Below are positions 1 to 10,374 of a stretch of 64,000 nucleotides of DNA, in pieces. Made by a program: the position numbers and the translations under genes. The notes under the pieces are model-generated. The model worked only from the letters and a program-made list of their open reading frames with translations. It was not told the origin of the DNA and ran no database searches. Position 1 is the first letter of the stretch. Each line of letters opens with the position of its first letter. Source of the stretch: Promethearchaeia archaeon (lineage in GTDB: Archaea > Asgardarchaeota > Lokiarchaeia > Sigyniarchaeales > SOKP01); the NCBI GenBank assembly GCA_029856155.1, contig JAHQWL010000072.1:1-64000 (forward strand), in the 5' to 3' direction.

Positions 1-184
1 GACATTAATGGTTTTTTGAAAATCATAGTATTGAAATTTTGATGATTGAGAAAAGTAAAATCCTTAAATCTTTTAAATTTTGTTAGATTTAATTTCTAAA
101 CAAATAACCCAATATAATTTTTATAGGGATGCTAATGGTATAACATAAAAATTATAAAAAACAAATTGATAAAGATCTTAACTT

Positions 185-1141
185 ATGTCTTCCCCTAAAG
201 AGCTAATAATCAAAATTCAAGGTTTGACAAAAGAATATTATAATAAAGTAGTTGTGGATAATATTAATTTGGAAATCCCTGATTCGTGTTTTGCTTTTTT
301 AGGTCCTAATGGGGCGGGAAAAACAACACTAATGTTAATGCTCTTAGGTATGGTGAAACCATCAAATGGGACAGCATTCATTCTCGAAACTAATATCCTA
401 AATAGCTCAGGTAAAATAAGGAGAAAGATTGGATTTCTACCTGAAAATGTGGGGTTCTACCCTAACCTCACAGGAAGACAGTTTCTTAAATTAATTTTTG
501 GCTTGAGAAATAATAGGGGAGGGGACAAAAATCAAATTAAATCATATTTAGAGTGGAGCGGTATAGATAAAAACTATTGGGATAAGTTTATTAAATCATA
601 TTCAAGGGGAATGCGGCAGCGTTTAGGATTGGCTCAAGCATTTGCTGGAGAACCTAAAATAGTTTTTCTTGATGAACCCTTATCTAATATTGATCCATTA
701 GGTAGAGAGGAATTTATTCAAAAAATCCACATGAAAAGAAAAGAAGGAATCACAGTTATTATTTCAAGCCATATTGTTCTTGAAATAGAACAACTAGCCG
801 ATTATGCAGCGTTTATTGATAACGGCATAGTAAAAGCTTCGGATAAAATATATAATCTTGCTCAATTTTACGGATTTAATGAATATGAAATAACTAGAAT
901 CAATTATGATGATAATGTGACTCTTAAAGAACTTTCTGAGTTGCTATCTACTGAAAAAGTCCTATTTTCTGACGTACCAAAAATATTAAGTGATAAAATT
1001 ATTTTCAGAACCAACATTCCAGAAAAAGTAGATAAAATAATAGTGGATTATAAAGATTTTAATTTCACTCCTATTAGTGGAACTTTAAATAAATTATATA
1101 AACAAATAATAAAAGGAAAATCTTATGAAAAGAGAGAATAA
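185..1141 (+). CDS. ABC transporter ATP-binding protein (ABC-2/multidrug type)
   Basis: Walker A GPNGAGKTT, signature YSRGMRQ, Walker B/D-loop VFLDEP, H-loop SSH. Confidence 0.95.
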   Translation: MSSPKELIIKIQGLTKEYYNKVVVDNINLEIPDSCFAFLGPNGAGKTTLMLMLLGMVKPSNGTAFILETNILNSSGKIRRKIGFLPENVGFYPNLTGRQFLKLIFGLRNNRGGDKNQIKSYLEWSGIDKNYWDKFIKSYSRGMRQRLGLAQAFAGEPKIVFLDEPLSNIDPLGREEFIQKIHMKRKEGITVIISSHIVLEIEQLADYAAFIDNGIVKASDKIYNLAQFYGFNEYEITRINYDDNVTLKELSELLSTEKVLFSDVPKILSDKIIFRTNIPEKVDKIIVDYKDFNFTPISGTLNKLYKQIIKGKSYEKRE

Positions 1142-1916
1142 GATAAAACCCTCCTTATTTTATGAAAGACATTTGTTCTCTTTTTATTTGAAACACAAGA
1201 TTCTCTCAATAAAGTTCGCTGTATGCATAATGTTGTCATTGCTCATTCTATTCGATATCTTTAATACGTTTAATTTTGAATATGTAAACAGTCAAATTTT
1301 AGATGAGACGTTATATTGGAATGAATTTATAGTTCGATTTAGTATAGGTTTTTCATTTCTCCGATTTATTCCTGTTATAATTACTGGTGATATTATTTCG
1401 GGAGAATTTTCTAATAAGTCTGCTATGATAATTTATGCTACGGAATCTAGAAATAAAATTCTTGCCATAAAGTTATTGTGTATGGTGATAAGCATTTTTC
1501 TTTTGATGTTATTTTATTTTTTAACTTTTCTTATTATAATTTTCAATAAAACCGATTTATTAGTTTCAATCCACATTTTTCTAATGGGTTTTTTAATTAT
1601 ATTGATACAATTAATATTTTATGTATCATTAACTTTTATGATTTCGGCGTTAACTCGGAATGTAGTACTTTCTTTCATTTTACCTGTTTTTTATATAATT
1701 ATAGAGACATTTTTAGAAGGTTTTGATTTAAGCCTTTTTTCATACAGCTCTTACACAGTAAAAGTTATCTACTTTTTTGAAAATTTAATTTTTCATGAAC
1801 AAATTATCTTCAGTAGTGTAACAATCATTTGTATAATTACTTTTTTCGGATTACCTATATTGATTATGTTAATAACTTTTTATACTTTCAAACAATTAGA
1901 TATCAGGATTGATTAA
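1125..1916 (+). CDS. ABC-2 type transporter permease
   Basis: ~6 hydrophobic helices, 'DIISGEFSNKS' ABC2_membrane-like motif; overlaps the ATPase stop. Confidence 0.85.
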   Translation: MKRENKIKPSLFYERHLFSFYLKHKILSIKFAVCIMLSLLILFDIFNTFNFEYVNSQILDETLYWNEFIVRFSIGFSFLRFIPVIITGDIISGEFSNKSAMIIYATESRNKILAIKLLCMVISIFLLMLFYFLTFLIIIFNKTDLLVSIHIFLMGFLIILIQLIFYVSLTFMISALTRNVVLSFILPVFYIIIETFLEGFDLSLFSYSSYTVKVIYFFENLIFHEQIIFSSVTIICIITFFGLPILIMLITFYTFKQLDIRID

Positions 1917-1962
1917 GATAAAATTAAATTGAACAGTAAAAAAAATTGAAAAGAGAGATTAG

Positions 1963-2508
1963 GTGATTATGCCTCGAAAGTTTTCATGGTTTATCTTTTT
2001 TATAATATTATCTAGCATCTCCAGTGTATGCCTTTTATTTATACCTTATCCTGAAACTAAAACTTTAGATCCTGGGTACCCTTATATTGGGCATGGTCTT
2101 TCTAGCCATAATTCTTATTATATAGATCGGTTTGAATTTCCATGGAGATCACACACTCAAGAAATCTTTCTAAACATTTCTGTTGAGCAGGGAACAATTT
2201 CTCTTCAGATATTAAAAAGAAAAGATTTTAACTGTTATCTTAAGGGAGAACCTTATATACCTTACTGGGAAGTTGAAAATATAACTGAGTTTACAACAAC
2301 TATTCAAATATCTCCACCCTTTCAAGGTAATATATTTATTTTGTTTTATGCTGAAGAATTTCCTGTTGCTGAAGAAGATTATATTTTATATTATAGTGAG
2401 ATAATAGTAAGTTATATTCGCTATGCCTCAAGTTATGGACTCGTTTTTCTTGGCGTTGCGATTATATTGATTTCTTCCTATGGATACCGTAGATATAAAT
2501 TTTTATAG
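1963..2508 (+). CDS. hypothetical membrane-anchored protein (N- and C-terminal TM helices)
   Basis: Hydrophobic ends flanking a beta-rich soluble part; GTG lies inside AGGTGA so the real start may be ATG 1969. Confidence 0.7.
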   Translation: MIMPRKFSWFIFFIILSSISSVCLLFIPYPETKTLDPGYPYIGHGLSSHNSYYIDRFEFPWRSHTQEIFLNISVEQGTISLQILKRKDFNCYLKGEPYIPYWEVENITEFTTTIQISPPFQGNIFILFYAEEFPVAEEDYILYYSEIIVSYIRYASSYGLVFLGVAIILISSYGYRRYKFL

Positions 2509-2569
2509 CTAAAAAATATTAAAAAAAAAATAAAAAAATGCTGGAAATATTGAAATCGCAATTAACGAC

Positions 2570-2776
2570 TTAAATTAAACCGATAGCGATTTTCATATCT
2601 GCAGCAGTAACTTTCTTTCTGCCGGAGTGTTTGGCAATATCAAGCGCACAGCCAGTTAAGGTTTTTGCATATTCTTCTAAATAATCCATTAATTTATCAA
2701 CTGCGGCTCGACTTACGATTTCAGCACCAGCTTTCTTCATTAGAGCCCGTAGCGGACTCCATGCAAATGCAGCCAT
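2570..2776 (-). CDS. archaeal histone (HMf family, tailless)
   Basis: 68 aa histone fold: 'LMKKAGAEIVS...AKHSGRKKVTAADM'; GGAGG upstream. Confidence 0.95.
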   Translation of the reverse strand: MAAFAWSPLRALMKKAGAEIVSRAAVDKLMDYLEEYAKTLTGCALDIAKHSGRKKVTAADMKIAIGLI

Positions 2777-2870
2777 TTTTTATTCCTCCACTTATTTTTT
2801 ATTAATTTCTATTAATTTTATTTAAAGGTATTTACATTTTAATTAGTATTTCTTATATTTAAATGTGTTG

Positions 2871-3033
2871 GTTGATCATCATGAATCCGATAAATGTGAT
2901 CAATCAAATTCAGTCGACAAAAAAAATTCATGGAAAAAATTAACAAATTTTTTACTAGTGAATTCAATTAATCAGAATTGATCAATTTTTGATTTCAGAT
3001 GATGCAGTTGTCAAAGTTGATCATATAACTTTG
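2871..3033. promoter_or_regulatory. cluster of four TGATCA palindromes upstream of the histone gene
   Basis: TGATCA at 2873, 2897, 2979 (inside perfect AATTGATCAATT 2976-2987) and 3018. Confidence 0.35.
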
Positions 3034-3286
3034 TTACGTTTGGGTGAAATCTATAAGCCAAAATATCTAAAATCTTATATAAGGTAAAAGATTGAAAATA
3101 ATTTATTGAGTTATTTTACAATATAACACTTTTGAATTAGAATTAAGTACTTTTCTGAAATATTTATGCTTTATATATAATTTTTCTTTACATTAATTTA
3201 AAAGTTAGGCAAATTCCTTATTAATTCTAATACATACTAATTTAATTAGATCAGTATAAAATTATGCGAAACCGGAGCAGTAGAAA

Positions 3287-4360
3287 ATGAGTGAAAATAA
3301 ACCAAAAATTTTAGTAGCTTCAGATGTACATTTAGGTTCATTAGATTGTGAAAGAGACTTATTTATTCAATTTTTAAAGCGTATTATTAATGGAGAATTT
3401 GGAAATGAACTACAAGCGTTTATATTATTAGGAGATTTCATTGATTTATGTACTGATCTTCCTAGAACTCTTTTAAAAAGGCAAAAAGTTCAAGAAATTT
3501 TTACACTTTTACTTGAGATTAAAAAGAAAATGAAACTTTTATTTTTATTAGGAAATCATGAAATTCCCGTGACAGGAGACTATGATGAGAAATTTGAACG
3601 TCGAAAAAAGAAATTTTTAATCAAATTTAGAAATAGTAAATTCAGGGAATTGTTTAATGATGAATTATACTATCAATTTATATTATTAAAAAAGTGGAAC
3701 AATGAGGACATGCTCTTGATGTATAATTCGCGAGAGCAACTTGAAAATAATCCTATTAACAAAGTAAAAATTGAAGGCCTTGATTTAGACAGCGACTATA
3801 GATGTTTTATGGCGCATGGTTTTCAATTTGAAAGTGAGATATATCGATTTTTTGTAGGACAATTATGGAAATCATTAATCTCGAATAGTAAATTTGAAGT
3901 GAAAGAAACTTACGATTATTTCTGGAATGAAATAATTAAGAATGGGAGGAAAATTAAGCCTATACGATTTAGTGCTATGAAAGAAGAATTAGCTAAGTTT
4001 AAAAATAAGTCAATTGAAGAAATGGATGAACTTTTTTCAGAATTAAATATTTTAGAATTTAACTTAATTAAAGCAAATATGCGTGTAATGAAGAAATGGC
4101 AACGTGCAAGCAAACCTGATTATTATTTAGATGAAATAAAAGAGTTTTTAGAGGATGATAAATATGATTTTTCAAAAATTAATCATCTAATATATGGGCA
4201 CTCTCATCATAAGGAAACATCTTATGCAACTATCAATAACCAACAAGTAGAAGTAATAAATGATGGCTCGTGGCAACATATGGAACCTTCTTACCTAGAG
4301 ATTTACAATAAGGGGAAACTATATTTAAAAAATTTTTCACCTAGTAATAATACACTATAA
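3287..4360 (+). CDS. calcineurin-like metallophosphoesterase
   Basis: Motifs SDVHLG, GDFID, GNHE, AHG, GHSH, NDGSW. Confidence 0.9.
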   Translation: MSENKPKILVASDVHLGSLDCERDLFIQFLKRIINGEFGNELQAFILLGDFIDLCTDLPRTLLKRQKVQEIFTLLLEIKKKMKLLFLLGNHEIPVTGDYDEKFERRKKKFLIKFRNSKFRELFNDELYYQFILLKKWNNEDMLLMYNSREQLENNPINKVKIEGLDLDSDYRCFMAHGFQFESEIYRFFVGQLWKSLISNSKFEVKETYDYFWNEIIKNGRKIKPIRFSAMKEELAKFKNKSIEEMDELFSELNILEFNLIKANMRVMKKWQRASKPDYYLDEIKEFLEDDKYDFSKINHLIYGHSHHKETSYATINNQQVEVINDGSWQHMEPSYLEIYNKGKLYLKNFSPSNNTL

Positions 4361-4384
4361 AAGTTTTCAAGAATAGTATTTTTA

Positions 4385-4849
4385 TTACAATCTTATTTCA
4401 ATTTCGGGTTGTTTTTTCTCAGCATAGAAAAATCGACCAGAACCCATTATATCTACATGTTGGAAAAATATTTCGTAGTATACTACTCTTTGAGAAAGAA
4501 TTCCTTCTTTTATTTTAGTATTCTTAATTGCTTTTTTTGAGTTAGAGGTTATAATATCATTTATCATTTTACCTAATTCAGAGACCAGTATCTCCTCTTC
4601 TGAGGGGTAATACTGATCTTGGTCACCTCCTAATAGTATATTGCCATCTCGACACCTACCAGGATTTATTTCTACTCCTACCTTGTATTTATTAAAATAA
4701 TCTAAAATGAGTTTTAAGTTCTCAAGACTAGGTTGCCCAATTTCCTCAAGAATCTTAAAAATTAATGAATCTGGTTTTCTTAAATAATCATGAATGGTAT
4801 CTGGAGTTGTTTTTGGCTCATAATCTGGAAATAAATCTTTTTTATTCAA
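4385..4849 (-). CDS. hypothetical protein
   Basis: 154 aa ORF, TTG start after a GGAG SD-like motif; no recognisable motif. Confidence 0.7.
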   Translation of the reverse strand: MNKKDLFPDYEPKTTPDTIHDYLRKPDSLIFKILEEIGQPSLENLKLILDYFNKYKVGVEINPGRCRDGNILLGGDQDQYYPSEEEILVSELGKMINDIITSNSKKAIKNTKIKEGILSQRVVYYEIFFQHVDIMGSGRFFYAEKKQPEIEIRL

Positions 4850-4961
4850 AACTTATTCAACTCCGATTTATCCATTATATCATCAAAATTTATAAATCCC
4901 AACTTTAATTTTAAATTATTAGATTTAGATTTTTTAAATTTAAAAATATACAATTATACTC

Positions 4962-5570
4962 ATGAGTAATCAAATAAAACCCCTCTCTGAGATGAAAGAT
5001 GACGAAAAACCAATTTATATTTTCAAGATTTGCATTTTAGGTCAGGAAAGAGTCGGTAAAACATGTATCGCTAAGAGATTGTGTTTTGATACATTTGATG
5101 TAAATACAAAAGAAACACTAGGAATTGAATTCTACACAAAAGACATTCCCGTTGTTGTTAATGATGATGATACATTTGTTCGAATCAGTATATGGGATTT
5201 TGGTGGACGTGAACAATTCAAAAAACTATTTCCATATTACATCAATGGGGCTAATGGAATTTTTATGGTATTTAATTTAGTAGATATTCAAACATTACTA
5301 AGATTAGACTGGTGGTATGAAAGACTTGGTGAGTATCATCAAGCAAATACGCCAAGGATGGTTATAGGAGCTAAAAGTGATCTTGTAAAAACTGCGGAAG
5401 AAAAGGCGAGGGTTGACGGTTTAGTAATTGATAGGTTCATGAAAAGGCATGCAGAACTTGATTTTTATAAGACATCTTCAAAAGAAAACTATAATATTGA
5501 ACCGATCTTTAAAGAACTTGTTATTAAAATATTAGAAAGAAATGGATTAGATTATGATAAGCTTACTTAA
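4962..5570 (+). CDS. Rab-like small GTPase (Ras superfamily)
   Basis: G1 GQERVGKT, G2 TLGIEF, G3 WDFGG, G4 GAKSD, G5 TSSK; no C-terminal Cys prenylation motif. Confidence 0.92.
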   Translation: MSNQIKPLSEMKDDEKPIYIFKICILGQERVGKTCIAKRLCFDTFDVNTKETLGIEFYTKDIPVVVNDDDTFVRISIWDFGGREQFKKLFPYYINGANGIFMVFNLVDIQTLLRLDWWYERLGEYHQANTPRMVIGAKSDLVKTAEEKARVDGLVIDRFMKRHAELDFYKTSSKENYNIEPIFKELVIKILERNGLDYDKLT

Positions 5571-5632
5571 AGAGATGTAATTTATCTATTCACTGATTCA
5601 GAAATAAAACTTTTTTTTGAGGTAGAATTAAT

Positions 5633-6712
5633 TTGGTTGAGATTTTTCATGAAAAAGATGGAGATCTTTCAATTTTAAACGATAAGAAAATTTCTATAAT
5701 TGGCTACGGTAACCAAGGGAGAGCTCAAGCTCTTAACTTAAGAGACTCGGGTTTAAATATAATTGTGGGCAATATTGAGGATAAATATAAAAATATTGCT
5801 CTTAAAGATGATTTTTCAGTTTATACAATTGAAGAAGCTACGAAAAAATCAGATGTAATCTTTATACTCATCCCTGATGAGATAATGAATGAGATTTTTG
5901 AAAAGAGAATTAAACCTTATTTGAGAGCTAATTCAGTTATTGTATTTGCGAGTGGATATAATATTGGTTTTAATCTATTAAAACCCCCTGAGAATATAGA
6001 TGTATTGCTGATTGCACCTAGAATGATCGGTGTTGGTGTGAGAGAGAATTTTCTCAAAAATGAAGGATTTTTCAGTTTCATCGCAATTGAACAAGATGCT
6101 TCTGGGAACGCAAAAGAAATCTTACTTGCTTTAGCTAAAGGAATTGGTACATTAAAAAAAAATGCAATAATGCTTTCCTTCAAACAAGAAGCTGAATTAG
6201 ATTTATTTAATGAACAAGGATTTGGACCTGCCTTTGGAAGGGTTTTATTATCAAGTATTTACACGTTAATTGATGCAGGTTATCCCCCTGAAGCAGTATT
6301 AATTGAAATGTACATGAGTAATGAGATGTCTTATACATATAAGAAGATGGCAGATGTTGGGTTAATTAAACAAGTAGATTTTCATTCCCAAACAAGTCAA
6401 TATGGAGCTATGAGCAGGGGTATACGATTCCGAAAACTCCCTTTAAAAGATAATATGAAACAAATATTAAAAGAAATTCAAGATGGAGACTTTACCAAGG
6501 AGTGGGAAAAGAGCCTTACAAAACTAAAATTTAAACTGATAAAATATTTTGCTACAAAGCAGAAAATCAATAAATTAGAAAAACAAGTAAGAAATAATCT
6601 TAAGTTAAAACTTTATGATATCTATGAAGAAGAACCTCCAACAGAAGAGGAGATAGCTAAATTAAAAAGTATTTCGGATGAATTAAAGCTGTTTGAGCAA
6701 TACTATGAATAG
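5633..6712 (+). CDS. ilvC: ketol-acid reductoisomerase
   Basis: IIGYGNQGRAQALNLRDSG, LIPDE, APRM, DLFNEQ, SQTSQYG. Confidence 0.9.
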   Translation: MVEIFHEKDGDLSILNDKKISIIGYGNQGRAQALNLRDSGLNIIVGNIEDKYKNIALKDDFSVYTIEEATKKSDVIFILIPDEIMNEIFEKRIKPYLRANSVIVFASGYNIGFNLLKPPENIDVLLIAPRMIGVGVRENFLKNEGFFSFIAIEQDASGNAKEILLALAKGIGTLKKNAIMLSFKQEAELDLFNEQGFGPAFGRVLLSSIYTLIDAGYPPEAVLIEMYMSNEMSYTYKKMADVGLIKQVDFHSQTSQYGAMSRGIRFRKLPLKDNMKQILKEIQDGDFTKEWEKSLTKLKFKLIKYFATKQKINKLEKQVRNNLKLKLYDIYEEEPPTEEEIAKLKSISDELKLFEQYYE

Positions 6713-6763
6713 GTTTAAAATTAATAATTATGGATTTCTTTAAACATTCATACTAATTTTTAT

Positions 6764-7816
6764 CTACTTTTTTCTCCTTTTTTTACTAATATCTTCAATC
6801 CTTATTCTTTCTATTTCTTTCTGTGTCAATTTAACTGGTTTAGATTCATCAAAGGGTGTATTACAAACCCAACATGCATTCTCCAAATTACTTAAAGCTT
6901 CAGAACAGTTAATACAATAAATGGCATCGCAATTTGGACAGGTATACATCAATCTTGATAAAGTTCCTTTACACACTAAGCAAATTTTTTTTTCTTTATG
7001 AAAACTAATTTCTTCTTCAGAAATGTGATCAGGTCTTTCAATTAATCTAAAAAGACCTTCTTTAACTTTTACTTCCCTTTTAGGAGGAATCATTTGAATT
7101 TCCTTAGGTTCTTCTCGCAATCCTAAATAAAAAAAGAAAAAACTAATAAAAATACCTAATTTATAGTAAACTGAAAAGCCTGGTTCCGAAAATCCGTCCA
7201 CCATTACAAAAAAATGTATTAAAAACCAAGCTAGCGATAAAAATAAAAATTTTTTTCTTATCACTCCCTTTGTGTGAATTCCCTTAATTAATGTACCCAC
7301 TACACAAAAACTTATTGATAAAATTGCTATGAGCACAATTAATATACTTGCAGGTGAACCTATTATGGCATGAGACTCCATTAATTCTTCACCTGGGTTT
7401 ATAGGGTATAGATTTTCTACATTTCCTTCTGGATCAATTAAAAAATATATGAAAAGAAGAATAAGCAGAACTAAGAAAATAAATCTAAAATACCATTTTC
7501 TTCTTGGTATTAAAAGTTCAGTAGCGATATAAAGACTAATTCCTGCAGAGAGAGGTGCCCATATCCAACCAATAAAAAATTGTAAAATATAAGGAAAATT
7601 TGAATTTTTATCCGTTAAAAGTACAACTATAAATTCCAAACTCACTGGTAAATAAAAACCTGCGGTAACAATAAGCATTATTGCTAAATAAAAAAGAAGT
7701 TTAACATCACTCTTTTTTGATTTAGAAATAAAAAGGAATCCAAAAAATATATAGGCTAGAAATACAGTGATTGACACTATTCCGTGTATCCAACCACTAG
7801 TAGAAAGTAAAAGCAT
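6764..7816 (-). CDS. 7TM membrane protein with C-terminal C4C4 (RING-like) zinc finger
   Basis: Seven hydrophobic helices followed by CX2C-X10-CX2C-X4-CX2C-X10-CX2C. Confidence 0.85.
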   Translation of the reverse strand: MLLLSTSGWIHGIVSITVFLAYIFFGFLFISKSKKSDVKLLFYLAIMLIVTAGFYLPVSLEFIVVLLTDKNSNFPYILQFFIGWIWAPLSAGISLYIATELLIPRRKWYFRFIFLVLLILLFIYFLIDPEGNVENLYPINPGEELMESHAIIGSPASILIVLIAILSISFCVVGTLIKGIHTKGVIRKKFLFLSLAWFLIHFFVMVDGFSEPGFSVYYKLGIFISFFFFYLGLREEPKEIQMIPPKREVKVKEGLFRLIERPDHISEEEISFHKEKKICLVCKGTLSRLMYTCPNCDAIYCINCSEALSNLENACWVCNTPFDESKPVKLTQKEIERIRIEDISKKRRKK

Positions 7817-8106
7817 TTTATTCTTTCACTAAAACATTTAATATTTATTAAAAGCTCTTAAAATGAATTTCTTTTATTTTTTTAAAATCTTGATCAAATA
7901 AACTTATTGAACAGGAGTAAGAAGTACTTAAATTTATTATTAATATGTATTATATGCTAAAGAAGATATTTGGGTATTTAACGGTTTTGTAAAAGAAGAT
8001 GCTATTTCATATCTTTCTAACAAATTAATGAAAAAATCTATAATCAAAAATTTAGGAAATTAAATTTAACAAACATTGCTAATCATAATGTGAATATTAG
8101 GATTTT

Positions 8107-9147
8107 TCAATTATTTTTGCTTTTTTTCTTTCCCTGTTTTACTCCTGCATCTTTGATTATCTTATATGGTTTAGTAGGCTTAGAATCATCAAATGGTGTA
8201 TTACAAACCCAACATGCATTTTCCAAATTGCTCAATGAATCAGAACATTTAATACAATATAGTGCATCACATTTCGGACATGTGTACATTACTCTTGATA
8301 CATTTGCTTTACATACCAAACAAATTTTTTTTTCTTTATGAAATGTAACGTCCTCTTCAGTAATATTGTCGGGCCTTATAGAAAACCTGAAAAGAGATTC
8401 AGCAACTTCAATCTCCCTTACAACAACTTTTTGAGGTTTCTCTGGTTCTTCTCTTAAACCTAAATACCAAAACCATGTACTGCTTATCATACCAATCCTT
8501 ACTATGAATAAATATATACCTGGAGATACTAAAACTTCTAGTATCGTAGATATGATAAATATATTAAAACCTATTGATAGTAAATAATATTTTTTTCTAA
8601 TTACCCCTTCTGAATGAATCCCTTTGTAATAAAAGCCAAATCCGTTTAATATCCAACCACCAAGAAGAAATATAACCATTATTATAAATGCTGGTGATGG
8701 TATAATAATGCTGGCATCTATTACGTTTTCACCAGGATAATCAGGCAACGAAAAATTAAATGAATCCATTGTATATAAGAAAACTAAAAGTTCAAAGATG
8801 ATACCTAAAATTATAAAAATTGATTCTAAATACCATTTATACTTAGGTATTATTAGTTCAATACCAATGTACATAGCTAAACAAGTGATTGTTGGAGCCC
8901 ACATATAACCTAAAATACCATATAGTCCTTTATTTAGATTTTCTCCCGTTATAAGAATTTTTAAAAAATCTAAACATGGAGCTAACCATACAAGACCTAC
9001 AGAAAAAATAAATAAACCTAAATAAGAGAGTAGTCTGATTTCTAATTTTTTTGATTGGTAATAAAAGATTAATCCACAAATAATGCATAAAATAAATTCA
9101 CATAATGTTGTGCAACCAGTAATCCAACCTTCAAACGAAAGCGTTAT
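8107..9147 (-). CDS. paralogous 7TM + C4C4 zinc-finger protein (N-terminus extended to an ATA start)
   Basis: Frame stays open 81 codons upstream of ATG 8904 (ITLSFEGWITG... aligns with paralog MLLLSTSGWIHG...); ATA at 9147 lies 7 nt after AGGTGA; near-identical finger. Confidence 0.8.
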   Translation of the reverse strand: MTLSFEGWITGCTTLCEFILCIICGLIFYYQSKKLEIRLLSYLGLFIFSVGLVWLAPCLDFLKILITGENLNKGLYGILGYMWAPTITCLAMYIGIELIIPKYKWYLESIFIILGIIFELLVFLYTMDSFNFSLPDYPGENVIDASIIIPSPAFIIMVIFLLGGWILNGFGFYYKGIHSEGVIRKKYYLLSIGFNIFIISTILEVLVSPGIYLFIVRIGMISSTWFWYLGLREEPEKPQKVVVREIEVAESLFRFSIRPDNITEEDVTFHKEKKICLVCKANVSRVMYTCPKCDALYCIKCSDSLSNLENACWVCNTPFDDSKPTKPYKIIKDAGVKQGKKKSKNN

Positions 9148-9313
9148 AAAATTTCACCTAATATATGAAAATCCTCTTTAATATTTAACTCTTTAGCGGA
9201 AATATATATCTATAAATTGCAGATAAATTTGAAGAAAAAATTTAGCAAAAATTAGATCTTGTTAATGAATTATAATTATATGAACAATATTATGAACAAG
9301 ATTAAATTATTAT

Positions 9314-10291
9314 TTAGAATAGAATAATAACGACTCCTATAATAGTTAAAATTATCCCTAAAAATCCATATTTTGTTATTTTTTCTTTATTAATAAAATA
9401 AGTTAATGGAAGAGCAAATAAAGGGGCTGCACTTGCAATTAAGGATACAATATTTGCCCCAGCTATATGCACGGATTCAGTATATAGATATGCGCCTAGT
9501 GAAGTACCTATTATAGAAGCAATTAATAGGAATATCCATGAATGAAGAGATATCTTTTGATTGAACGAATTATCATTTTTATTCTTTAAATGATTTTCTC
9601 TCAACACCATTGAACCTAAAATCAATAACGCAAATGGAAATCTGATTACGTTTCCTATAGTAGAACTGAGTTCTTTAATAAGTATAATTTGATCTATTCG
9701 AATAGTCGCATATTCAATTAAAACAGCTCCGATAGCCCACCCAATAGCTGCGGTAAAACAAAACCCTAAAGCCTTCACAAAATCCTTATTAAAAACTTCC
9801 TGAAAACTGATTTTTATTGGTGATTTTAAGGTTGTACCTTTTTCTAACTTTGAATTATCAGAGTTTATTTTAGATTTTCCAATAATTGTAATTCCAATTC
9901 CAATCAAAATTAGAGATAAAAACAAATTAAATGTAAAAGGCTGTTTAAGAAAGATTAGAGATAATATAAAAGTAAAGAGAGGAAATGTCATTGAAATAGC
10001 GAGAGCAATGGTGGTACCCAGTTCCTTTTGAGCGGTAAAGTAAGCAGTATCACCAATTACTTGACCAAAAACGAAACTCAGAATTAATATTATCCACAAT
10101 TCCCATGGTATTATAAACAAGAGATTAAATTTATTTAGAATTAATATAATTAGAATAAAAGTTAAAGTCCCTATACCTGTTCGAAAGAAATTGATAAAAA
10201 TCGGGCTAGCTTCATGTTCTGTTTTTCGAAAAATTGCATTTGACCCTACAAATGTTAGGACGGCAAATATTGCAATTAATTCACCTAGCAT
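9314..10291 (-). CDS. EamA/DMT family transporter
   Basis: Two 5-TM repeats, 'GDTAYF', 'PLFALPL...KEKIT'. Confidence 0.9.
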   Translation of the reverse strand: MLGELIAIFAVLTFVGSNAIFRKTEHEASPIFINFFRTGIGTLTFILIILILNKFNLLFIIPWELWIILILSFVFGQVIGDTAYFTAQKELGTTIALAISMTFPLFTFILSLIFLKQPFTFNLFLSLILIGIGITIIGKSKINSDNSKLEKGTTLKSPIKISFQEVFNKDFVKALGFCFTAAIGWAIGAVLIEYATIRIDQIILIKELSSTIGNVIRFPFALLILGSMVLRENHLKNKNDNSFNQKISLHSWIFLLIASIIGTSLGAYLYTESVHIAGANIVSLIASAAPLFALPLTYFINKEKITKYGFLGIILTIIGVVIILF

Positions 10292-10374
10292 TGCGTATGA
10301 AAATCAAAGGATACATAAATTGTTACGTATTATAATGTACCTTAAATTTAAAAAAAAATTTAAATTATTTATCG

